From Porphyridium purpureum (lineage: Eukaryota), in contig VRMN01000002.1 in NCBI GenBank assembly GCA_008690995.1, forward strand, positions 2,356,001 through 2,407,698: DNA of 51,698 nucleotides. The letters are read 5' to 3'. Positions within the stretch are counted from its first letter, which is position 1. Every line of letters starts with the position of its first letter. Below the pieces are notes generated by a model that was not told the origin of the DNA, searched no databases, and worked only from the letters and a program-made list of their open reading frames with translations. Below are positions 1 to 11,230 of this stretch, piece by piece. The translations under genes and the position numbers were made by a program.

Positions 1-907
1 GCGATTGAGCTAGGCGTTTATGGCCGTGTGCCCAGTGACGGAAGTGAGATTGTCTCATGCCTGGCTTTTGCATCCAAAATGCGCGCTGAAGATGGTCTCG
101 CGGTGACGTCGCTCGACATGTCGCCGTTCATTTCAAACCTGCCTTTCGGGCGTGCCACAAATGACTTTTCGACTGCCGACGGATCTGGCAGTACGAGCCA
201 AGCGGCGAGTACCGCCGAGGCGCTGGAAATTGGTTGTGACCTCTTTATCTTCGACGAGAACGCGTGCGCGAGCAACTTTATGTATCGAGATGCGGTCATG
301 TTGGCGCTTTTAGGCAAGCACAAGGAGCCAATCACACCCTTTCTGGACCGTATCCATGTTCGTTTCGAATCGCTCGGGATCTCGAGCCTTTGGGTGGTGG
401 GCAACTGCGGTGCGTTCTTTGATGTTGCCGATACCGTGATCGTAATGGAGACTGCTACAAAGCGTATGATGTCTCGGACGAAACGAAAAGCATATCGTGT
501 GCGCAAGGTCGCGGTGGCGCGCAGCAGGTGAGCAGGGCCGTGCTAGACAATGACGTGGGACAATCGACCTCGCTGTTTTCGGACGGGAGGATCCTTTTGC
601 GCTCGCCGGCAGCGGCACGTTACAAATACAGGATACGGGGCGAATCTATTGTGGCTTGGAGGAGTTTGCCATGAAGCTTCGTGCGCTCGAGCAACTCGTT
701 GAATTGGGACAGACGCGCGTGACCGCGGATGCTGTACGATTTGTGGAGATGGCGAGCGAGCAGACCGCGCCGATGCAAGGCTTGAAGGAGCTGGTTGTGC
801 GTGTCGAGGCTGCGCTGGGCGCGAAGGGGATTGACGCCTTGGCTCCGAGCGGGTGGAAAGGTATTGGCTTCTACTCGCGGCCGCGATCAACCGCTGGCGG
901 CTTTTGA
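1..907 (+). pseudogene. C-terminal part of a predicted ABC-class ATPase (ABC_ATPase/PF09818-like), disrupted
   Basis: ORF 28-531 has DFSTADGSGSTSQAA..EALE.G..LFIFDENACASNFMYRD..KEPITPFLDRI..GISSLWVVG..G.FFDVADTVIVM. ORF 656-907, in another frame, has LEQLVELGQTR..GIDALAP..SRPR, matching the family C-terminus. Frame breaks lie between them; the 5' part is outside the window. Confidence 0.75.
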
Positions 908-2393
908 AAGTGTCCATCGACGCGTCCGTGAAGGACCAGACTTTGCTTCGAGGCATGTGTCTACGAAAGGCTTTAAAAAGCTTTGGACGCACGTATCTGT
1001 GTTTTCGAAAAGCCACTTCCAAGTAGCGAACCAAGCCGCACCGAGTGATCCCCGGGTTGGCCAATGAGGACCTTGCGCGACAGGCGGTTTCTGCTTTGCG
1101 CGGGAGTCGGTGACCACCGTGCACGAGCTGTCCCGCTCGCGCTATCCGCGCACTGTCAGCTGGACCCTGCGCCGTTCGCGCCGCACGGCGGGAGCCCCTT
1201 CTGCTGCCGGTAACACGTGTACGCAACGGTCCCTGTTGAACAGGCATGCCCGAGCGAACGGTGGGGATGATGTTACCCAAGGTGAGCGCCATTATGATCT
1301 GTGAGGAAAGACTGTTTTTATCCTGAATCACCTTGCTTCCTCGACCGGCATCCCACGCGTCCCATAGTGGGGAGCGGCGCTTGATACCATTGCGGCGCCG
1401 AGCCCGGCAGAGAAAGGTGAAGGCAATGTGTGCTGCGTGTGCGAGTTTGCACGTCCCGGAGAGCAACAGCACGGCAGGCCGGACGGGTTGCGACGCCGTG
1501 CAAACCGAGAGAGGGGAGTTGATACGCCGCGCTGCATGCCTCGCGCCTCCCCGCTTCACACGTCGCAGGTGCCGTGCACGTGACCTCGACACGTCAGCGC
1601 ACATTGTTAAACAACGCGAGTGCGCGCTTTAATTAAGATCTGAGGTACAGCGCCCGTCTGGCGGAGTGTACTCCATTCCCAACGGCTGGACTGTACTTCC
1701 ATTTCTTTAAATTCAGCGCGCCGCTCGCGGTCTATCAAAACGGCGCCGTTCAAGCACACCCGCGCGTGCTCCTTCCACGTGACGGCCACAGCCTGCCAAG
1801 CTGTACTCCACGCGTCCGCGAAAATCGCGAATCCGCGCTGCTGAGTGATAAACTCAGCCCAAGTCCCGTCGAAACTCGCGGCGGCATCGAAAAACAGGCA
1901 TGTGTTGCGCGTGCAGAAAGCGCGCCGTTTTGGCGTGCTTTGCAGGAGAGAAAAATAAAAGGATGGAATACAATTATCGCGCGATTGCATATCAGAAAGC
2001 GAGCAGTTGCCTAGTGAGACGCGCCGCTGTTTATTCGGACGGCGCTCCGTTTGCCGCGCAGGACGCTGTGGAGTTGTGAGGTGTCGCTCTCGGCACAGAA
2101 CTGCTAGTCCTTTTGCGTGGGCTAGGTTGGGTCGATAGACAGACACGTCGGGATACGCACAAAAGGCTTAAAAGCTGCGTCCGCCTTGCTCGGTCCACCG
2201 GCTTGAAGAGTGGGTAGGGGCGAACGGGAAAACGAAGGGGCGCTTGTGCGGGTCGGCATCTTAAACTCGGCTTTCGTCCTTGGCTCGGGCCACGAAGTCG
2301 TGGATCGCGTGCGTCCGGTGCTCACGGTGGATTACAAGCGAGTGTATTTTGGTGTTGTAAATCCGGTGAGGTAATCAAGCAACACAGGGAGGA

Positions 2394-5300
2394 ATGGCGA
2401 CGGCCAAGAGAGTGCCATGGGGTGAAGGTATGAAAGTGGCTGGCGCAATCGCCGACGATGTTGGGCCTGCACTTCCGTACGTTGCGGTCGCTTTCAAGGT
2501 TACCAAGATTATTATAGAGTATGCGCAGGCGGCAAAGGCGAACAAGGACTCATGCATGCTGCTCGCCAAGCGCGCCGTGTCCATCAAAAACATGCTGGTT
2601 GAATACTTTGGCCCCGATGGTGAGAAGCTCGTGAATAAGAGACACGACTTGACGCACAAAAGTCTGCTTGAGTGCCTCAGCGACCTGGAGTCTGGGCTTC
2701 AGTCCGCCTGCTCGCTCGTGAAGAAGTTTTCAAGTGCCGAAAAAGCGCATGAAAAAGTGCTTCGCGCTCTGCGGGCGAAGAACTACCTCGGCGAGTTCCA
2801 GGCGTGCGGCGATCGGCTAACCGAACTCGAGTCGCAATTATCGAACATCATCACTTCCAAAATCGCGCACGACCAAGAGCAGAATCAGCAGGAGTTGCTG
2901 CGCAAGCTAGAGCAAAATCATCTGGAGATGATGCAAGCACGAGATGCGGACAGAGTGAGGGATAGATCAATGCTCGAGCGTGAACTACGGGCTCTTCCGG
3001 AGAGGATCGCCGTTCTCCAAATGCACAGCATATCAGCGGATGTTCCGACTACGTGCGTTGGTGCAGGCATTGCCGGCAGTGGTGATTCTATGCAGCCGCA
3101 GCTCATCGAGCCGTGGTTTATAGACGTTGCTGATGTCGAAAAGGAAGAGCACGTGAAAGGTAAGAAGCGAAAGTTTGTCATACTCGGCACCGGTGGCTTT
3201 GGGACAGTTTTCCGGGGCACGTGCAGGGGGGAGACCGTTGCTGTCAAGCAAGTGAATTCATCAGGCGACAAAGCGATGCGGGAGTTTAAGAACGAGCTAG
3301 GAATGATGTGGCGAGTTTCACACGAGAACATTATTCGGACGCATGGAGGTTTTTACCCATTGGATGACGTTGACGACCATGAAGATGAAATGCCACTCAT
3401 TGTGCTCGAATACGCCCCGAAGGGTTCGCTTGAAAAGTACATGTTTGCCGATAGGAAGATGAACTTGCTTCCGAAAGCTACATTGTTGATTATTTTTCGT
3501 GGGGTTTTGGATGGCTTGAAGTATCTTCATGCAAGCAAGGTTCTCCATCGAGACATCAAGCCCCAGAACATTCTCCTGATGGAAGACTGGACGCCGAAGA
3601 TTAGCGATTTCGGGTTGGCTACCGTGAAGAACACCTGCTCATTTGCAAACACAAAGCTTGGTACAAGGGGCTATATGGCACCCGAGATTATTCGTGGTGA
3701 CCAGTACAACCGCTCTTGCGACGTGTGGTCGTACGGAGTCATGTTGTTCGAAATGCTGCTCGGCGAGGCGATGTTCGAAAGTGAATTCTCAGAATACCAA
3801 ATTTTAAAGATTCTTGAAGATCCGAAGCGAGGTGTGCCGTGGGACAGATTGAACAAGTCGGAGTACGCGAAGCAATGGCCGGCCTGGGTTGTGGAAATAG
3901 CAAGCGCGTGTCTGCAGACTACGCCCAAGAAGCGCCCGACTGTTCCGGATATCTGGCTGGAGTTTTATGGCAGTATGGGTGCGGAGGGCGCTACTGCGGC
4001 TGCAAAGTCACAGACCGCCCAATATGCGGCGTCCACATCCGGCTTGAGCACAGCAAAGTTTGATGCGTTGACAGGAAAACTTTCGCATGTCACGGTATCT
4101 GGTGGGCCAGTAGGCCCGTCATCAAGCACTGGAGGTAGCGCGGCGGGGCCAAGTGGATCTCGTCCTGTGCAGGCGCCAGAGCTGAGTGCCGATGATAAGC
4201 TCCGATACGCAGAAGAATGGGAAGTAGCAGGAAACATGGCGTACGCGTATGAGTATTTCAAGTTAGCAGCAGAAGCAGGCGCCGCGGAAGGCCAGTTCCG
4301 GCTGGGCAAGATTTTGCTCGACGGCTCGCACGGGATGAGCCAGCACTTGGAACATGGCGCCGGTTGGGTGCGCGCAGCTGCTGAGAAAGGACGCACTGAC
4401 GCCATGATTGAGTATGGCCGCTGCCACCACTCTGGGCGGGGGGTGCCGCAGAATCTAAGCTTGGCGAAGGAGTGGTATGCCAAGGCCGCAAAACTCGGCA
4501 GCCCGGCGGGGTCCGAATGGCTCAAGGCGGTGGAGACTGAAGAGCAAACAGCGCTGAGACGGCAACAGAACGAGGCCGCAAAGAGGCGGTTCGAGGAGGA
4601 CAAGAAGAAAGCGGAGCGCGATCGTCAGGCTCTGGAGCACGCAGCCGCCGTTCGTCGGGCAGCTGCAGAGGAACACGAGCGCCTCGAGAAGGAGGCGCGA
4701 GATCTTGCCGCGCGGCGCGAAGCGGAAGCTGCTGCTGCGCGGAAGCGTGAAGAGGAGGCCGCCGCCGCGGAGCAAGCGCGGCGCGAGAAGGAGGCGCGAG
4801 AGCTAGCCGCACGGCGCGCTGCCGCCGCGAAAGCGCGGCGTGAAAGGAGGCGCGGGAACTTGCCGCACAACGCGCCGCCGCCGCTGCGGAGCAGGCGCGC
4901 CGCGACGCCGCAGACTGGCAGCGACGTGGCCAGGCCGCAGAAGACGAAAAGAACTTCGCGGAAGCGCTGATTTGGTACCGCAAGGCCGCGCAAGTGGAAA
5001 ACGCCTTCTCGCAGGGCAGGGTGGGCTATTTCTATCACAAGGCTTTGGGCGGCCTGCCGCAGGACAAGCGCTCTGCGGTCGAGTGGTACCGCAAGGCCGC
5101 GGCTCAGGGAGACGCACAGGCGCAGTGCAACTTGGGCACTTGCTACGAGAACGGGGAGGGCGGCCTGCCGCAGGACACGCGCGCGGCGGTCGAGTGGTGG
5201 CGCAAGGCCGCGGATCAGGCAAGTGTAACGGCGCAGTGTGGTTTGGGCTATTGTCACGAGAAAGGGCTGGGCGGGCTGCAGCAGGACAAGCGCGCGGCGG

Positions 5301-5818
5301 TCGAGTGGTTCCGCAAGGCCGCGGCACAGGGTCTCGCAGAGGCGCAGTGCATTTTGGGCTATTATTACAGCAGCGGGGAGGGCGGTCTACCGCGGGACTC
5401 GCGCGTGGCAGTCGAGTGGTGGCACAAGGCCGCGGATCAGGGACTCGCAGAGGCGCAGTGTAGTTTGGGCTATTGTTACAGCAGCGGGGAGGGCGGTCTA
5501 CCGCAGGACGCGCGCGTGGCAGTCGAGTGGTGGCGCACGGCCGCGGATCAGGGACTCGCAGAAGCGCAGTATATTTTGGGCTATTGTTACGAGAACGGAG
5601 AGGGCGGTCTGATGCAGGACAAGCGCGCGGCGGTCGAGTGGTGGCGCAAGGCCGCGCAACAGGGACAAGCAAACGCGCAGTGTGCTTTGGCCTGTTGTTA
5701 CGAGAACGGGTCGGGCGGGCTGCCGCAGGACACACTCGCGGCGGTCCAGTGGCTGCGCAAGGCCGCGGAACAGGGAAACGCAAGGGCGCAGAAAGCGTTG
5801 AAAAGATTAAGATACTAG
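2394..5818 (+). CDS. MLKL/MCAfunc-like N-terminal helical bundle + TKL-type protein kinase + SEL1 repeats + coiled coil + ~7 further SEL1 repeats; one 1-nt frameshift at ~4843-4845
   Basis: Kinase motifs GTGGFG, VAVK, HRDIKPQN, DFG, GTRGYMAPE, DVWSYG. SEL1 motifs AQCxLGYCYExGEGGLPQDxxAAVEWWRKAAxQG. Adding one A to GAAAGG at 4842-4847 restores the REKEARELAA repeat and joins ORF 2394-4970 to ORF 4994-5818. Confidence 0.88.
5003..5790 (+). repeat. Coding tandem SEL1 repeats, ~114-bp (38-aa) unit, high internal similarity
   Basis: Recurring gcggtcgagtggtggcgcaaggccgcgg and ggcggcctgccgcaggac at ~114-bp spacing. Confidence 0.85.
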
Positions 5819-8800
5819 TGCTGAGCAGCGAAATAAAATATACAATCGCGATCTTGTTCGCGTATGAATCCCAAACATGACGAGCCGAGCGCTGACCAGT
5901 CCTGAATTTCTCGCTGTGCAACGCCACCAGTGCGTGGGTGTGGCCGTTTTGCTCTCACGATCGAGCATGCGAGAAGACCAAAGTCTTGCTTGTGTTCCGC
6001 ATTCACCCGTGTCCTGCGATTGCGATGCCCCGGCACTGAGGCAACACTTCAGCGAGTCCTCAATGCCAAGCTGGTTGTGCGAGATGACGCCCAGTCGCTT
6101 GTTCGCTCATGTTGTGCCACTGGCTTGATTTGCATGACCGTCTCAACCTGGTCGCTGTGTAAGTGTCGACAAAGGCTCTGTTCGGTTTGATTGTCGAACG
6201 GAGGACGATGAGGCACGAGCGTGCTCGGTGAGCAGTGAAGTCCTTTCTCGTCGCGGAGGTGCGCGTCTGTTTGAGCCAAGCAAGGGAAATTGACTGGGTC
6301 CGGTCGTGCTCGGGCCTCTTGCCTGTTTGCGCGTGGTGATGCGGAGACTTTGACACACGAGATCGAGTCAAACGAGGAGGAGGGGTAGGCGGACAACACA
6401 GGATTGTGCGACTGGTAAAGCATACACTCTGGTACATGGACAAGATGTGCTTGGTTCCGAGGTCCAGAGACGTACGTGGCCGAAAGAGACGTGCGCACTG
6501 GACATGCGACGTGGACGGAGCCGGCGTCCGGTCGCTGGTGTGGCTGTCACGAAAGCCTATAGTGCGGGGGTGCGTACGCGGGTCAAAGTGGAACGTCGGC
6601 AGACACGCAGCTTTGCGCGCAGGGCCGGAAAATTCCATTGTGCACCGTTTCAGACGAGGCGCGGAGGAACATGCGCACTTGCGATCACCGGCAAGGTCTT
6701 CCTGGAAAGCATTCGTGGGCGAGCGATGCTCACTGGCGCCTGTAGTTCCAATGTGCTTGGCGTTGGTCCGCGAACTGTCGCGCGAGAGAATTGCAAAGCT
6801 TGACCAGTGCGTGCGTGGCATCGCACTGAGAGCTGGTGCGGGTCCAGGCCGCAGAGTGACGGAATGGACCTGGTCTCACTCGTTCAAGGATTCAACAACG
6901 CGACAAGATACAGCATGCCGTCACGTTTTCATACCAGCTCTTTCTGTGGTATTGCGGAGAATCCGTCTCTTGCTTGCATCTGCTTCACCTTGACGCGAAG
7001 CGCGTGCAGTATGCGTTTTTGGTGAGAGGGGTCCGGTCACCCTCGTGCTTGCACGCCGCGCTAGTGTCGCCTTGCCGACGTGCATGCTCCCGCACCAGTT
7101 CTTCTGTCAGAGTATATCGCGGACGGCGCGGTGGCTGCACTTACCGGAATGTCGAGTTGAGCCCGCGACATGGGCATTCTTGCGAACTACTGCCTCCAAC
7201 TCTCATTCATGCAGCCTTGGGCACCGCAACGTCTGACGGGAAAGGCCTTACCCGGCTGTCCTGTTGACGCACCGGCCTGAGAGGCTCGTGACAAGACTAT
7301 CGCGACCGTTGGTTCTGCGGCCTTATCCGTTTCGTGATTGCTCGACTAGTACGTACCTCGATCGACGGTTCCAGCGTCGGCTTGGCAGCTTCCAGTGCAT
7401 ATGTCCTTGCGGACATTCCACGCGCAGCGCACGGTGCTTGGCCGCACATCAGATGCAGAAGAACTGCCGCACTAACCCGGGTAGTTTCGGCTCGGTCCCG
7501 CAGTGGCGCGATCGCATTTGCCGCTTTTCCAAGCGGCAGCACATCGACATTCACACGCTCCTTTTTTCGCAGCCGGCGATGGATGACGCCGCGCGCTGCT
7601 TGGCCTGCAACACCCGTAGCAGCTCGCGGTGGGTTCTGCAGGCGCTGCGTTGACCGTTGCAAGGTATACTACCTGCCGATTACCGCTGCGCACGTTGTGG
7701 AAATTGCAGTTCTGATCGTGCACCCGCGCCGCATCTAAAAAAATAATCAGCTGCAGCGCCGTGTGCATAGTCCTCTTTACCTTTTACCATCACGGGAACA
7801 CGAATAGTGCCGACTTCTTGCGGCAGCAGCGCAGCCAATCGTGCAGGTGACTGGATCTCGTATTCAGTTTCTAAACAAATGGCAAGATACCTACCTCCTT
7901 CAGCACCTTGAATGCAGAGACAGCGCACTCTCGTTCTTTCCATGTGGCGCACACAAACCTTGCGCGTGTGCATTCGCCCGAGTCATGTCGCCTTCTTTTG
8001 CCTACTTAGCGAGGCGCTTCGTGCACTTGTCGTCAGTACTTGCCGTGGAGAGTTGGTGGCAGAAAATCATAAGATGAAATAGACGACTGCTTATGCAGCC
8101 GAACGCGGCAAAGTGCGGCTCTCGTCAGTTCCTCAATGGCATCGCATACGTCAACGAGTCCCGTGCTCCAGTTCCACCGACAGCCAGCGCCAGCGCCAAG
8201 CTTTACGAACCGGTCATCGGCGCCTGCACAATTGCGTGTTCGAACCTGAAACAGCCCCAGCATTCGTCTTTCTCGCCAGAAGCTTTGTACGACATGCTTT
8301 GAGGAGCCCAATGGTTTCGTCCTTTTCCCATGACACTGACCGACACGCAGCCACATTGTCGTGGACGCTGTTACGGTCAGTGCGGACGACACGGCTTGAT
8401 TTCTCCGGGGAAACGCGCACAAACAACGACTTGCACGTACCCAACCGCTGCAACAGCACAACACGAGTTTGTGTTTGCCTCGCGTGTGGTTCACAAATCT
8501 CATTTAGTCCACCGATATTCTTTCTTCTGGTGCATGTCCTTTACGGACGCTCGTTCTCGATCGTCTCTGCTCCGCTGACGAGTTTAGCTCGGGCCCGGCG
8601 TTCTCAAGTGTCCCATCGTGTGGCCGAACGTCCGTTCCAAGTTCTACCTCGCGTAACCCACCCGTCCGTGAACGACATCATCCATGTTGCAAACCACAGC
8701 TTCATGTCCACACTCACGGTCAACAGTCGCCAGTCATGGGCCACGGATCAGCATCGCCACCGAGTCGCGACGCAACGCGACAACACTCCGACATGGCAGC

Positions 8801-10249
8801 AGCAGACAAGACGGAAGGAGCTGTGGCATATCGAGCGGACCGCAGACGGGAGACCTTGGAAGCCGCTGTTTGCGTTGAGAAACACGAACCGCCGCGTCCC
8901 ACGGTTCGTTCTCGCCGTTCACCCGTTGCGCCACGACGGGTCTGTTGTTCTCGAACCAGCTTCCACAAACCCAGGAAGAAGCCAAACATCCCATTATCAC
9001 TCTAGCAGAAATTCCCTTTCAGCTCGATGTGTGAAGGTGAGGCCGTGGCCGCGACACCAACTTCCGAGGCGTCGCGACCAGATCTGAACCCGTTGCAGGT
9101 AGCTGTCGCCAGCGCCAGAGTCGCGCCTGTACCGGGCTTGTGGCAAGGGCGCTGTTCTGGGAACACCTGGCCGGCACATTTGGACTGGCAGCGTGGCTGT
9201 GCGAGAAAGCGCCACAGTACGTGAGTGCACTGCTGGAGCGGACGCAAGACGAGCAGCAGCAGGCGTAGAAACGCGAGCACTGTGACTAGTTCTGGGAAAT
9301 GGCGTAGACATTTGGAATTGGTGAGATTGACGTACAGAACGCGACGCCTCGGAAGGATCGCACGTGCGCAAGCGGCGCGCGAGAGTCGTCGGGTGGTGAG
9401 CGCGCGAGGTGCAGCTCTGCTAATGAGCAGGACAAGAGAAGACGGCAAGGTTTCGTTCAGAGCAAGAGTCAAAGGTTACTGCGACTTTTGTGTAGTTATT
9501 CAGGTGACATGTGTTGACTCATTTCACGACACATCGGCACTAGAGGAGCAAGTGAATCACTTCCATCTGACCTCGTACCGCCATCGCATTGAGCATTTGA
9601 TTGATTGAGTGCTGGGATCGACTCGAGGACAGCCAAGCTTCGCGCAGACTATTTTTTTATCGGCTGACTTGAACCATGCTGCATTTGTTTCCAAGCTCGC
9701 ATGATCGACTTGGTAGACGTTTGCGGACACAAGGGCATGTGAGCATGAGACGGAGCGCTGTGCTTCCTGCATAGAGCATATGCCAACTCCTCTTATCCTC
9801 TTCTCGTGACACATACTTTAAAACTTGACCCGGCGAGCGTTTCACGAACGCGCAGTGGGGCTCAAGTGCAACTCTGCGCCTCTCGCTTGCACGAGATCTC
9901 CTCCAGGACCCCGTCAGGATTCCGCCGCATGGTGGCGCCCTCGTTGAGGACGCGCAGACTTCTGTTTCTCATGCATCGGCTTTGTCGGAGGCGCCGGTCG
10001 GGCCGCACCCGTGAGAAGAGATGTCTGAGGTGAGCTCTCCGTGGCACGTCGCAAAGATTGAACACTCGCGGTGCACGTTACCCCTGTCAACGAACCGTCG
10101 TCCAGACACCTTGGGCATATGGCGACGGAAGGCAAAGAAAACCAATTAGCTCGTCGCTGAACACACGCAGAATCTACAAATCGACCAAGTGCTGCGAGTG
10201 CTCCGCAGCTATGCTTCTCACAAACGTGTCAGCGCGTCTGCCGAGGCAT

Positions 10250-11230
10250 GGATTCTGCGATCAAGAAACTGTACAATATTAAGGATACTTATCCTGAGAG
10301 ATCTGCATCGAGTCCCAGTCCTGCGCGTACAGTCCCACCGGCCACGTACCCAGCTCCGGGAACCGCCGCACAATCGCCCTCATCTTTGTTCGCCGGCTCG
10401 GTTGAGCGCGGAACTACAAATACTCCTCCAAATTCAAAACCGCATAAATCCCCAGCAACGCGTACCCACCTTTAGCACGCACCGAGTCGCCATCCAAGAC
10501 ATCCACCACGAACTCCTAGTATGTTCGCCCAATTTCCTCTCCGCTACCCACTTTTCAATCTTCCTCATGTCTGGGAATGAGGGTTGCACAAGCTCTTGAA
10601 ACTCCCTTGTGTCGTTCAGTGCCTCGCCATTCACTTTGAGCTCTCTCACTGTCTTCACCGCTGCGGCGTCAACCTCCAAGACCTCCTCCAGCAATCGAGC
10701 CACCAGCTCACGTCAGATCGTCAAGGGATGTTTCTGCAAGCACGATCTCCAACTCGTCGCGTGGCGGCCGCACGAACGGACCCGCGGACTGTGACACAAG
10801 CGGCGCGGCCTCAGCCTTGATGCCCGCCGTCAGTTCTATGCTGCCGCCCGCCGCCTCGACCAGATCTGGCTTCATTCCCTTCTGAACCATCGCCAATAGC
10901 CGCGACACAGTCTTAAATCGCTCCACATTCAGCGACGAAAACTCCCCTTGGCTGGTCGCAAGGCCCCAGATCTCATTCAGTAAGCGGCTTCGCAGTCCTG
11001 ACTTGACCAAAAATGCGACCGCTTTCTGCACGTCCACCCCTCTGCTTCCGTCCGCGTCGGCCAGCTTCAACTACTTCTCGAGCAGCGAAGTCTCCGACGA
11101 CGTGCGCCAGCGCAACGAAGCGCGAACAAAAAAGGTATTAGCTCAATGCCCCCCTGCCGCGAGCTGCCACATTCGATCCAGCACCAAGGTCGACAGCCTC
11201 ATATTTGCGAAATGCCCGAGTGCCTCGTGC
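10250..11230 (-). pseudogene. Decayed EH (Eps15-homology) domains, followed by a probable kinase N-lobe relic, downstream of the WD40 array
   Basis: 10708-11070 reads LADADGSRGVDVQKAVAFLVKSGL..LLNEIWGLA..FKTVSRLLAMVQ (EH). The WD40 ORF tail EALGHFANMRLSTLVLDRMWQLA is EH-like. Both are in one frame, separated by TGA 11143-11145 and TAG 11071-11073. LVQPSFPDMRKIEK resembles LIEPWFIDVADVEK before the kinase domain of the gene at 2394; LNIVQFL lies near 10270 (weak). Confidence 0.6.

Noticed and set aside
910..2390. ORFs 543-1604 and 1607-2146
   Set aside because: No recognisable domain; probably GC-rich spurious frames or unrecognised relics.
8690..8960. ELWHIERTADG..FALRNTN..LAV..DGSV resembles a fascin-like beta-trefoil
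   Set aside because: Too short and embedded in an implausible ORF; needs an HMM search.
5820..9400. Many overlapping short ORFs
   Set aside because: No motif support; possibly decayed genes but not identifiable by eye.
9480..9830. Ankyrin-like (AVRGQMEVIHLLL) and kinase-like snippets on the - strand
   Set aside because: Single short motifs with stops; cannot be distinguished from chance.
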